Counted from the first letter of the stretch, positions 49,010 through 61,527 are shown. The stretch is DNA of 64,000 bases from Podarcis tiliguerta (GCA_965153285.1 OZ229112.1); one strand, 5' to 3'. Made by a program: numbers and translations. Notes: a model not told the origin generated them from the sequence alone.

Positions 49010-49361
49010 TGTTGTTGTTTTATTGTTCATTTATTTGTTATTTGTTATTTTCTGACTGGGTCATTCCAACCACTCTGGGCGGCTTCCAGCATATACAGAA
49101 ACATAATAAAGCATCAAACATTTAAAAGCTTCTCTATACAGGGCTGCCTTCAGAAGTCTTCTAAAGGTTGTATAGTTACTTATCTCCTTAACATCTGATG
49201 CGAGAACATTCCACAAGGTGGGTGCCACTACAGAAAAGGCTCTCTGCCTGGTTCCCTCTAACCTCACTTCTCACAGTGAGGGAACCACCAGAAGGCCCTC
49301 AGAGGTGGATCTCAGTGTCCAGGCTGGGCGATGGGGGTGGAGACGCTCCTTCAGGTATACT
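49010..49361 (-). mobile_element. L2 LINE 3' end
   Basis: ORF RLEGTRQRAFSVVAPTLWNVLASDVKEISNYTTFRRLLKAALYREAF. Confidence 0.9.
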
Positions 49362-50009
49362 CAATAGAGGCTTGCATTTGGGCCCCAGTCCTGATTTCCT
49401 AACCCATGGCATAGAGACATTATTGAGCTCGATAGACCAATGGTCTCATTCAGCATAAGGCAACTTCCTATTTTCCTTGGCAGCTTGGTTTTAAAGGAGC
49501 AACAATTCCTAGAGTGCGGCAATAAATTCTCCCACCCCTGACACTGCTTAATCGGGGAATGACTCACAACTGCTTACAAAATTATAACAAGGATTCCGAA
49601 CACCCTTAAAAACACAGTGTGAGGAGGAACAGTTCCAATTAAAATCTGTTGATTAAAAACCTACAGCTTTTAACCTATAGCTAATGAATTAAGCAGGCTG
49701 ATTAATGAACTAATGCTTTCAGGCTACATTTGCTACTCCTGTTATATGCGCATTATGCCAAAATGCCCACGCATAACGTTTCCTCAGTATAATTTGTGCT
49801 GGAGAAAGGTTCAGGAAAAATGGCCTGGGTCATTACTGTCACATACAAGTTCCAATCAGCTGAGCATGCTTAGAATCCTCCACCCCATGAAGGGGAACTC
49901 TGCCTTATTGGGGTTCCAGGGTGGGAGGAGAATTCTGAACACATTCACTCAAGTGCACTTAGAAACCCTGTTTAGGCATTTCTTCTCAGTACATGAAGGC
50001 TCAAAGGAG

Positions 50010-50763
50010 GAATGTGAGAGAAATTGGATTCAGTTTGTATTTACAGGTGGACCTTCCTAATTTTCACTTTCCAAAATAATGTGTGAACCACCCTTTGAAA
50101 CTTGTATATCTCCATATTTTTCAGTGCAGTTCTTCAGCCATGTACAATGTGCAAACATGTATATATAAGGGTAAAGTGTGCATGAATGTGCATATATAAG
50201 TGAAGATAGCATGCAAAAATACATTACGTGAAGGGAAATTACTTTTGGGGAAGAAAATTGTATATTTGGAGAAATTTCCACTCGTGGTTTTTTTTAATGA
50301 GGACTTGTTTCTTGAAAAATTCAGAAACTGGCAGAAATGTGGAAAACTGTAAATGGAAAGGTAAAGGGACCCCTGACCATTAGGTCCAGCCGTGACTGAC
50401 TCTGGGGTTGCGGCGCTCATCTTGCTTTATTGGCTGAGGGAGCCGGCGTACAGCTTCCGGGTCATGTGGCCAGCATGACTAAGCCACTTCTGGAAAACCA
50501 GAACAGCGCACAGAAATGCTGTTTACCTTCCCGCCGGAGCAGTACCCATTTATCTACGTGCTTTCAAACTGCAAGGTTGGCAGGAGCAGGGACCGAGCAA
50601 CGGGAGCTCACCCCGTTGTGGGGATTTGAACTGCCGACCTTCTGATCGGCAGGTCCTAGGCTCTGTGTTTTAACCCACAGCGCCACCCGTGTCCATGGAA
50701 AACTGTACTTAAGTGTAAAAAAATGAGAAACTAGAAACCAACACTGTCAGATTTCATCATCCC
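50010..50763 (+). mobile_element. Old repeat family X, split by a Sauria SINE
   Basis: gagaaattggattcagttt.. continues after 50707 as cttaag..gagaaactagaa..cagattt..catccc. Confidence 0.6.
50352..50694 (-). mobile_element. Sauria SINE, subfamily A
   Basis: TSD tggaaaactgta; antisense of the 909 copy. Confidence 0.93.
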
Positions 50764-52235
50764 AATCTGAAGTGGAGTCAGAGATGTTGGGGGGTAGAGC
50801 ATTAGTTCATTCCCCTACCCATGCTCTGCTTTTAGCTCATAGATATTCAAGCAAATGCTTCAAAAGGTCTACAATCCTGCGTCAATGCTAAATATTCGGG
50901 CTATTTTTCTTCTTGCTCCCCAATTAGTATTTTATAAGGGGAAGAGAAAACATGGGACACCAAAGCCAAGTCAGTGCCATAGAAGTGGCTTTTAGCAGAT
51001 CCTTGAAAACCTCTTGAAATTTCTGATCTGCAGAAGAAAATCAATTTGCCTCTTTTCAAGACCACTTTGTTTGGGTTTGGCTGCTTTATTCTTTAAAGAT
51101 TCCATCAACGGACAAGCCCCAGGCAAGTGGCAGGAGGGCTTTAATCTGTACTAAAGCCAGAACAAGACAACTCTTGCTCCATCCAGTTTGGAGAAAGTTT
51201 GATGAAAATGCAGCCTCTGATCTCAGAATTAAACCTTTGCTTGTGATGAGTACCTTTGACACAAACAATGCTCCCTACGGAGGAAGAATTCTAGAAGATT
51301 TTTTTTTAAAAAATAGGCCTGTAAGGCTGAGATCTCGTTTTGCATTTTGCAGGTGACATAAAGGAAAACTACAATTCAACAGACTAGGAAAACAAAGTAA
51401 TTTCAAAACATGCATTTATTTGTTGCCACAGATGTCCTGAGAAATAAAAAGGAAGAAGAAGAAGAACAATAGTGTTTTAGGAGGACCATATTATCAAACA
51501 TTCCAGGTTGGAATCAATGTTAAGAAGGATGTGAGAGTTTTTACTAGACCTCAACTATGAACTTAACCTGGAAAACAAGCCCTATTGAATCTTAAAAAGG
51601 TTTTGTGAAAGCATTTGGCTGGATAGAATCAGGTAAACCCGGTTAATTTCAATTGGCAGACTGTATTGTAGTGTTCAGCTGTAGCTTAGCAGGAAGACCA
51701 GACCCATCCATAGAAATAAACTAGACAACTATCTGAGATGTCAAAATCCCAGGGGCACCTGCTTCAGCTATGTAAGAGAGAAAGAACCACTATAGTAACT
51801 GTAGTAATGAGGCAGTTTAGCAAATCATCATGCCAATGCTAATCTTAAAAATTTCTAGGGTGAGTCTTTCACCTCCATCAGATACCCAGGGCATAACTGT
51901 GAAGAAGAGGAAGTAAAGAAGTGACCAGCGGTAGGATGGATCCAGACTTTGTCTCCTGCAAACAGAAGGCGCTATAAGTGGAGCTATAGCATTGGCTGCT
52001 ATAGCCCTAGGACAAAATCCATCCAAAGTTTTCGATCTGATTGATTTCTTCTGTTGAAATCAGCGAACTTAAACATGCGGGGAGGAGTTCAATCTTGCCT
52101 TAAGGCTATACTTCCATTGGGGCAAGCATTTTGGCTTCCCAGATGGAACAATTCCCCCTCTCCAGCACCCATGAGCTGCTCTGGGGGCTCTCCTGACCCC
52201 TCAGAGCCAATTTGGAGGGGGGCAAAGGTGCACGT

Positions 52236-52725
52236 AGAGACATCACCTTGCCAACAAAGGTCTGTATAGTTAAAGCTATGGTTTTCCCAGTAGTGATGTA
52301 TGGAAGTGAGAGCTGGACCATAAAGAAGGCTGATCGTCGAAGAATTGATGCTTTTGAATTATGGTGCTGGAGCAGACTCTTGAGAGTCCCATGGACTGCA
52401 AGAAGATCAAACCTATCCATTCTTAAGGAAATCAGCCCTGAGTGCTCACTGGAAGGACAGATCCTGAAGTTGAGGCTCCAATACTTTGGCCACCTCATGA
52501 GAAGAGAAGACTCCCTGGAAAAGACCCTGATGTTGGGAAAGATGGAGGGCACAAGGAGAAGGGGACAACAGAGGACGAGATGGTTGGACAGTGTTCTCAA
52601 AGCTACCAGCATGAGTTTGACCAAACTGTGGGAGGCAGTGGAAGACAGGAGTGCCTGGCGTGCTCTGGACCATGGTGTCATGAAGAGTCAGACACGACTA
52701 AATGACTAAACAACAACAACAACAA
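52236..52725 (+). mobile_element. BovB LINE, 5'-truncated
   Basis: RDITLPTKVCIVKAMVFPVVMYGSESWTIKKADRRRIDAFELWCW.RLLRVPWTARRSN; TSD aaaggtgc(a/c)cgt; (CAA)n tail. Confidence 0.96.
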
Positions 52726-53142
52726 AAAGGTGCCCGTTGGGAAGAGAGGAAGGGAAAGCCCTATCACGCAAACAGAAGTCCTTGCAGAGGGCTCCCTCTG
52801 ACAAGTTTCATTTGTCAAATTCCACTCATGCTAGTTGGATGGGTCATATGTGTCTGTTCTGCTCTGAGTTACAAGAAACTACTCTGTAGGCCCTTTGTTT
52901 CTTCTGCCAGAGATCACCTTGAATGACTTCAGATATAAAATGACAGGACCTGTTCCTATGTTCCTATGGCAACATGGCACCTGCGTCTTCATGCTTTCTC
53001 TCCCCACAGTACTTCAATATCATTTGGATGCAAGAACTGCAATGACAGGGCTATGGATGAGCTGCCTTGTTATGTCAGTGTTGGCCTTTCTTCAAGCCAG
53101 GCAATGTTCACATGGGAAGACACCTCACTGATGGCCTCATTG

Positions 53143-53325
53143 ACATAGGAACGTAGGAAATTGCCTTATATACAAAGTCAGGCCATTAGTCCATCTAGCA
53201 CATAACTGTCTGCACTGACTGGCATTGACTCTCCAAGATTTTAGGTAGGGTCTTCCCCAAGTCCCATCTTGAGGTCAAGGATTGAACCTGGGACCTTCAG
53301 ACACCATACCACTGAGCTATGGCCC
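53143..53325 (-). mobile_element. Squam2-like SINE, degenerate
   Basis: cataggaacgtaggaa tail; ccactgagctatggccc head on the minus strand. Confidence 0.65.
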
Positions 53326-53468
53326 TTTCACATGTGAGAAGATACCACAGGGAAGCAATTTCCACACTGTTGCAGTCCAGAGGCACCAACATCCTTTACA
53401 GAACCCATTTCCCATACACCCCATAATTGTGTTTCGGATGACAACTCTTTGCTGGGAAGGGGGAGGTT

Positions 53469-53580
53469 ACATAGAGAAAGTCTGCAAAATCCATTTAAAA
53501 ACATGACCCAGTTCAATCTCTCTTTCTCTCGTTTGTACTGGGTCATGATTTTAAATGGATTTCGCAGACGTTCCCTATGT
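53469..53580. repeat. Unique 48-bp inverted repeat with 16-nt loop
   Basis: Arms 53469-53516 and 53533-53580, 43 of 48 positions complementary. Confidence 0.9.
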
Positions 53581-54100
53581 TAGAGAGAGAAAGAGTGTGT
53601 GTCTTATTTATGTATTTTTGCTGGTCTTACAACGGATGAACAAGCCATGTTGACTTTATTAAAAACAGGTTGAAGGAGAGGGAAAATTGGTAGGTGCATT
53701 GTTCAGTGTAATTCAAACCATTCCAAAATGTATGTGGCAGAAATACCTACAAGAGAATAGGTTCTTCTTAGAAGACACAGCAGATGAGATCTGTTACCCC
53801 CAAAATGGGCATTAATTAAAGCTGATGCAAAAGGACTGTTTGAGTAGTTGATAACTTGGGGAGAGAGAGAGAGGACTTGACAGGAAAGAATTTCAACCTG
53901 TTTCTTTCCTACTTAATTACCCTTTTAACAAAGAGGAAGCTGGAACCTCAATATTTAGCTTTTAAAATAAATAAATGAACAATACATCACATTTTACTTG
54001 CCCTCTGTGCAGGACTCAATGCTGGGTTTCAAAGAGGCAGTGAAAAAAACAGTGTATACCCCAACAGAGGCAACATATTTGAGCTTAAAAAACAAAAACT

Positions 54101-54181
54101 AAGAATCTGTGACACCTTAAAGACTAAACAAACGTATTGCGGAACGTAAGCTTTCATGTGCTAGAACAGATGCATGAAGTG
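54101..54181 (-). mobile_element. Degenerate Penelope-like pseudo-LTR remnant
   Basis: tgtgacaccttaaagactaa..taagctttcatg..cagatgcatg parallels gcaccttagagaccaa..tgagctttcgtg at 36950-36995. Confidence 0.5.
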
Positions 54182-56274
54182 TTCTCCTTTTATTTTAGGA
54201 AGCCACTCTGATTTATGGCAGATAAGGCCACAAAGCTTTTATAGGGAGTTGTTAAGTGCATGGTACAGATTAAAAGAAAGCCCCACCAATTTCACAGGCT
54301 GAGGCTAAAAGTCTAAAGGAAATGCAAGACGTAACACACAATGTATCCCAATTCTTCACAGGTACACAAGAACATTTCACAATCGGTGTCATCCGAAGCT
54401 CCTGTTCATAATGTAACTTCCAATTATCATCTGCAAGCGTCGACTATTGTATTAATTTTGAGTAAATTAACAAATCGAGCCCACTAATTAAAATGACATC
54501 TCATCCACCAACCTCATCTGACAACCTTAATCAGGATGTTGATATTATTACATCATCATTTTCCTATTCTTTTAAAATTAGAACCCACTCTTCAGATATA
54601 GTACTGATTTCACAAAAGAGGCAAATGTGGTCATATGATCCTGGACCACCCAAGATGCCAAAGGCTTGAACATATGCTTCAGTTCCTGTTGAGGTTCCTG
54701 GGCTTCTGTGGTATGTGGTTTCTGTACTATACCAACAGCAATGTTAAGGATAATGGCTTAATTTCCTGAAATGGGAATGCTGCTTGTGTTGAATTGCTGT
54801 GTATTTTTAGCATGGGGTTTTTTCTTTGGCAGTAGCTCTCTCATGTGATTGGCTGACTGTGAGTCACATGAGCAAGGCATTCCATTCTGTTGTGACTGTT
54901 ATTCAAGTAACTGTCATTTTTAACTGCTTTTCTGTCCTACTCGTCAAATGATCAATCTGATCACTGGGGAGGGGATGAAATACACTGTGTCACTTTTGGT
55001 TTTTTAACCTTTTTTGACCACCCAAATCAGTGAGGTCTTAAGGGACCAAAAAAATTGCAGAGCAGGGAGAGGTTTGGGCTCTGGGCTGCAGGTCAGTCGC
55101 CTGTGCTCTACAGTCATGTTTTTCAGTAAAGTGAATTCCAGTATCATATGTCAGCATCCTCATTTCACCTGCTGCCGTAAAAGATACATTGCACATACAG
55201 CTGAGGTGGGGTACATAATTATATTTATAATTATTATTTTCAATTTGTTTTAAACTGAGTTTAATGCTGCATTTTTAAAATGGTTGTAACTTGCTCTGGG
55301 ACCTCACGGTGAATAATGGGCAAAGATAACCATTAATAATAATGTAATTTATATACTACTTCATACTTCAAAGAAGTCTATCAGTGGTTTACAGAATTTA
55401 AAAAAATAATAATCACAAAAATACCAAAAAAATCCCACATTTTAAAGCAGCACAGAGCAATAAAGTAATATGCATGTCAAGGATAGCTGGATATGCAGCA
55501 CACACACATTTCTACATACATACATACATACATACATACCGATTAATGTGTAAAATTCCCCTAAATTTGAGGGGATTGGATGTTTATGGTCGCTGCTTGA
55601 TATCTCCAATTCTCGAACCAAACATCCATTCATTTTTAATCTGAGTAATCACCTTGCCTTTACAATAGTGTGGGCTTGAGATGCTATTGTAGAGTTTTTG
55701 TTTTTGTTTTTTGGCATTTCAATGAATCAGAAAACTACTTCCAAACATAATTTAGTGGCTCTCCATGCACATCCTTTTCTCAGAACCTTGAAGGGCTCCT
55801 CGGTTCACATTCCTCCATCACCACCGCAGTGTTCCTTCCATTACACAACATCAGCTGACACAGTGTTTTCTCAAAGCATCTATGAATAGCTGGTCCTTTA
55901 CGGGCAGGAAGCTTACTGCACATTCCGGGTGCCCAGCCATGTGGAGTGAGATCATCAGTCTAAACTAACGAATTCTGGAAAGACATCTAAGAGAATTAAA
56001 ATAATCCCGTCATAATTGACCTCGTTTGAGAGGTGTTAAAGAGGACCGCGTGTGGCACACAGCAGAAACAGAGGGAACTGCTACAAAACAAACATGAACA
56101 GTTATCTTTAAATGCCTGTGGCGACAACAGCCTGGATGGCATTCAGTATGTATGCAGAGCTACACACACACACACACACATTATTCTGTTTCATCCAGGT
56201 AAAAACCCATCTTAGTATGAGGGATGAGGTATGCAGTGAAACGCTTATGTGAGAAAAGGAGAGCAATTCATATA

Positions 56275-56534
56275 CTGTATTTTTTGCTCTATAAGACTCA
56301 CTTTTTCCCTTCTAAAAAGTAAGGGGAAATGTGTGTGCATCTTATGGAGCGAATGCAGGCTGCGCAGCTATCCCAGAAGCCAGAACAGCAAGAGGGATTG
56401 CTGCTTTCGCTGTGCAGCGATCCCTCTTGCTGCTCTGGCTTCTGAGATTCAGAATATTTTTTTTCTTGTTTTCCTCCTCCAAAAACTAGATGCGTCTTAT
56501 GGTCTGGTGCATCATATGGAGCGAAAAAATACGG
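56275..56534 (+). mobile_element. TcMar-Tc2-type MITE (twin of 13736)
   Basis: TIRs, TA TSD and the same internal hairpin at 56374-56444. Confidence 0.92.
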
Positions 56535-56542
56535 TAAATGGC

Positions 56543-56763
56543 AGGATTCTGACTAAACACCAGGTAGAACTTTTTGACAGTAAGAGCTGTTCAACAGTGG
56601 AATGGACTCTCTCAGGAGGTTGTGGACTCTCCTTCCTTGGAGGTTTTAAAGCAGAGGTTGGATGGGCATCTGTCATGGATGCTTTAGCTGAGATTCCTGC
56701 ATTGCAGGGGGTTGGACGAGATGACGCTTGGGTCCCTTCCAACTCTAAGATTCTATGATTCTA
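56543..56763 (+). mobile_element. CR1 3' end
   Basis: gaactttttgacagtaagagctgtt..cagtggaa..ttggaggttttaaagcagaggttgga..ttccaactctaagattctatgattcta. Confidence 0.88.
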
Positions 56764-57699
56764 TTAATACAAGTTCCTGTAGGTGCTCCTCAAAGTGCTT
56801 AAGACCTTTTCTCCACACATTTTTAGCAATCGTTTTCAGTATCCCTCCTGGTCATAAAAGCTGGATACATAATGGAAATGTCAATGTTGAATGGAGACCA
56901 GTGGATGCAAATCAGATCAAGGGAATGGATAAAGCACATCCTTTGTGGGACCAACTGTAGAGCCTTGCAGTTCCAGCTTGGCTCAGGAAAACGTCTGGAA
57001 ATCATTCCCCCCCCCCCCCATGTATCTCTACAATATCAGCGCAGCATATACAAGCTCTGCATCAACGTATGTGGAACTGACTGAGAGCAGCATATGGAAT
57101 TGACTAAAACCACAGTATTGGAGCATATGGGCATTTATAAGGGTTGGAATCGATATGCCATGCATTATGTAGCTTGCATACATTGCTTACTTTGTTATGT
57201 CTTTTGACAAATGTTTGAGTCTGAGATGGAGATGTTCCTTTTTTGTAATTCCACAGAAATACTTCCCTCTTCTATGTTATGAGCCAGGAATTGTCACGTG
57301 AGCAAGTGTATAACTGCTTTACCAGGAACATGGGGCTCATGCAACATCCGCGGGGCAGAATTCTAAACACTCAGCTTAATATTGCTACCTACATAGTTGC
57401 GTAACACTGCACTTTCAAAACAGTAGTGTGGGCTATGGCTGCTTAAAAAGGGGGGGGGGGAGTCTTATGGTTGTAGCCTTTCAACAGTAGTCCAGCACAA
57501 GCATTATGCTTGAACAGGAAATATGCCTACATCCATACTGGGGGGGGGGGGGCATAGCACATGTCAGTCCCATTCCCAACAACCCACCCATCCATTCCCA
57601 GTGTTGAGCAGGGAAGATCGCAAGGGTGCTTCTACCCTTCATTCACCTGAACACCAAGAGAAGCCCCTGTGACTTTGAATAAAGCACGTAAACATGTTT

Positions 57700-57945
57700 A
57701 GAAGAAGAGTTTGGATTTGATATCCCGCTTTATCACTACCCGAAGGAGTCTCAAAGCGGATAACATTCTCCTTTCCCTTCCTCCCCCACAACAAACACTC
57801 TGTGAGGTGAGTGAGGCTGAGAGACTTCAAAGAAGTGTGACCGGCCCAAGGTCACCCAGCAGCTGCATGTGGAGGAGCGGGGACGCGAACCTGGTTCTCC
57901 AGATTACGAGCCTACCGCTCTTAACCACTATACCACACTGGCTCT
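57700..57945 (-). mobile_element. Squam3 SINE
   Basis: Reverse complement agagccagtgtggtatagtggttaagagcgg..ggttcgcgtccc..gctgggtgaccttgggc..gggatatcaaatccaaactc(ttc)n. Confidence 0.85.
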
Positions 57946-59149
57946 ACAGCTCTTTGCAGCTCAGCGTGAGAAGGTCTGAAACAGAGACGGCAGGATATTT
58001 CCTATTTGGGCATTTCCCGAACAGAGCTATTGTCTTCATTTGGATGCTTGGAGACTAGTCCAATGCAACTCCTTCCCTGTCTTACTCTGCAGGTATGTGG
58101 GTATGTGGGTATAATCTCACAAATGAAAATAGAATAGAGCAAGCAGTGAAAACCAAGTAATTCAAAGTATACATTTTCTGCCCTCCCTAGCGTGGATTCA
58201 GGCACCAAGTGATTAATCTGATGGTTGCAGTCATCACATGATAACCTGACTATTTAGTCCTTTCATCACACCATGACTCACCATGAGACAGTGTTAAAAA
58301 AAAAAATTCCCAGAAGCGGTAGGCAAGGATAGGAAGACGGTTACTGCATTATGAAGTTATTATCTCTGAGTTATCACCCTGAGTCCTCCCTTGGAAACCT
58401 GCAATTTGTATCTCTAGATCGCACTTATTCTGAAAATAAAGAAACATCCATAACCTTATTTCTTTCATATTTCCCTATTGTGTACCCCTGGACTATTTCC
58501 TAACCTCTGTTCTTTCAACTAACATTTGGCATCTATGCCAGGAAGGTGGCAGGAGGAGAGAAAATGAAGGAAGGTGGATGTACGTCTGAGCATTGCAAGA
58601 TAATTTCTTTCTGTAGTTAGCATAGAGGCAGAAAGAAGGCGTGGGAGCTAGGGCAGTCCCACAACTCAAGAAGATGGCTAAGGGCAGATGTCTGTGAAGA
58701 CTTCCAGTGGTGCCCCTGGGCAGCTGCTCCAGACTATGAGCTTTCTTATAAAAAGAAATCATGTCTCTAGCCCTGCTAGAAAGTCAATTATGGGACAAAA
58801 TGTGCAGGTACCTTTTACGTGATTCCTGAGGAATAAGAGTGGTGCTGCTGCTGCATTGCATACTTTTATTGATAATGAGGAATGGTCCCTGTTGTTATTA
58901 GACAGTGAGACCAGCAGTTTGTGTTGGACCTGCAGGAGACAGCTGACTTTGGGGTGTGTGTGTATATTTCTAATTTTCTGTTATGCCACATCCCCCATGG
59001 CACCCATTTTGTGTTATTCCGTGCCTCCACAGCAAACATTTTGTGTTCCATCACACAACCTCCATGGCATTTTGTGATTGGCAGCCTTTGCACTCTCCCA
59101 AAATCTGAAATGTGCCCACTGGGTGGAAACCATGCATAGATTCATGGTG

Positions 59150-59312
59150 AGGGTTGTAGTTCAGTAGTAGAACCTCTGCTTTTCATGCAGAAGATCCCAG
59201 GTTCAATCATTTCCAGGTCTGGCTGGAAATGTCCTATTCCTGAAACCCCAGAAAGCCACTGCCAGTCAATGGACACCATACTGAGCTAGACCAATGGTCT
59301 TCTTGTGTTTCC
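59150..59312 (+). mobile_element. Squam2-like SINE, degenerate
   Basis: gggttgtagttcagtagtagaa..catgcagaagatcccaggttcaatc..ctgccagtca..ctgagctaga. Confidence 0.65.
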
Positions 59313-59803
59313 ATGCATGCCCCTCCCTCTTGCTACCAGCTGTCATGCCTGAAGGCATCTGTGGGAAGCAGTACTTAGCCCCACCTCTCCATTCTGCTCC
59401 AGCTGAGAATATTCCCCCTCCATCTGGCCACCACCACTTCTGAGGCCATCAGAAGCAGCCACCTTCCCACTGTGATTTGATCCAACTCAATTGCATACTA
59501 ACTGGGGCTGAAGAGAAATATAATCCAAATCTGGTCTAGCACCAAGGCTCTCAAAGCATCTGTTTTCCAAATGCAAGGGGCCAGGTGAGCAGCAAAGTCA
59601 TAAACACTAACCAAATTTGCACATCAGTCTTTTTTTGATCACTTGCACAGCACTTGGAGGTAATGCCAAATTTCCAGGTGCCGTAGTGCTGTGCAGTGCG
59701 CCTTAAAGAGTGTGCATTGGGATTGCTGCAGTTTAAATCTCATCCCAGACATGCTAGACATGCCATGAAGCCATGCACATTCATAATCCTCATCTGCAAA
59801 GAG

Positions 59804-59958
59804 CATATCTGTCAACTTTCAGATTTGAAAATAAGGGATCAGCAGCCTCACCTGTCCCGGGGACAGTCCACGGAATATCTAACAATCCGGGATAGCAGCG
59901 GGAAACGGCACTGGAATAAGGGAATTTCCCGCAAAAAAAGGGAAGGTTGACAGCTATG
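59804..59958. mobile_element. hAT MITE with CATA termini
   Basis: TIRs CATATCTGTCAAC / GTTGACAGCTATG; 8-bp TSD gcaaagag. Confidence 0.88.
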
Positions 59959-61287
59959 GCAAAGAGAGAGGAAAGTGCCATCACCCATTGCCCTCTCCCT
60001 TTCCTTATTTTACAAGAAGAGAAGCCACGGGGCCACGTGATCTCTGGCCTTTCTCCACTCACACGTGCAGACCACTCACACTTATTTCTGCAATGCAACC
60101 ACCACGATGGCATAAGGACCAGTCCACGAAATCTGAGCAAGAACCACTTTGCACAGGTGGAAATGCATTCTATAAATGCTAAGTGGAGGGGGGGGGAATA
60201 CTGTATGGAAAGAAGATGAGAAAATCAAGCTATTCTTTCAAACTCATACCCCACTCCCCCAAAACCTGGTTTGAGTACTTGATACAAACACTTCCAGGCT
60301 TGGGGCCTGATGTACAAGAGCTCTTCAGTGCTTTCAATTTCCCAGCGCTTTTATTACCCGGCTCTTGCAATTCACTTTCCCATCCTGACTGATAGCTTTC
60401 CTGTCATCTGTCTTACCATGTACTGATACTTGACCTCACAGAATAATGTATCTCTGAGTGTCATCTTTTATTCTGTGCCTGAGACTTAAATAACTAACTC
60501 CCAGCTGGACTTCTATGAAGTACAACTGTTGCGGTAATTCTTTCTGAAAGGGCTGCTGCTGCGACTTTTCTCCAAGCGCCAGACTGGGAGACACCGACCA
60601 AGTCGCAACTTGGGGTATTTTGATTAGAAACCATCCCATTGTCCTGCAGCTGCACGGACCGCTTACTCAATGTAAAGCTAAGACATAACTGCGAACTGGG
60701 GAGAGGTTCCATAAAGGCCAGATAATGGCAAAATGATACTTGTTTTCCGAGGGTGTTTTTTAAAAAATGCATTAAAAATAACAGTTAGTGGACTGGAATT
60801 AATTTTGTTACCATGGACACAACTTCTGGAGGATAATGGGAGGCAATCAAAATTAAGCACTTGAAAGCCCCTTGATTTCAAGGGGAGAGGCTGATGTATG
60901 GATTGGACTTAATCCTTTTAGCACACTGCAAATAGTTATAGTGCTAACAAAACAAAACAAAAAAATCAAAGAAGAAAAAAATCATCTATTTTCTTAAAAA
61001 GAAAAGAGAACTGAATATTCATAACCAAAGCGGAAATCTATGTTGGACTCTTGCGTATGCCAACAAATTGTCACACATGAACATTTTATTTATTTATTTG
61101 GTGTTGGGGGGGGGATTTAAAATCTGGGACACACATATTGACATGCAGACAAATTGCGGCGTGCCCTTTTGGCAGACAGCGGACACAATCTGCTAAGACA
61201 GTGTGATGCGATGCTTGCTGATGGACTGGAACAGAATGCACCAATATGCTCTTTCGGAGCTCCCACTCACGCCATGGAGACTTGTGC

Positions 61288-61527
61288 AGAATTACACAAA
61301 TCCATGGAGGGCAAGACTATGAAAGGGTACCATCCACAGTGATGGCTATGGTCTTCCTCCACTAATGGAGGCAGCATGCATCTGTTGCTGAGAATCACAA
61401 GGGTGGAAAATACTGCTGTGCTCAGGTCCTGCTTGTGGCCTTCCTACAGGCCATAGTGGGAACAAGGTGTTGGACCATGATGGGCCTTTTTACATGCTTA
61501 TGTTCTTTTTACATGCTTATGTTCTTA
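61288..61527 (+). mobile_element. Old CR1-type 3' UTR
   Basis: acaaatccatggagg..gatggctatg..gctcaggtcctgctt..cttatgttctta tail. Confidence 0.6.

Noticed and set aside
52212-52709. 165-aa ORF (and similar ones at 10226, 18150, 47346) as a host gene
   Set aside because: C-terminal fragment of BovB ORF in 5'-truncated copies with TSDs and (CAA)n tails.
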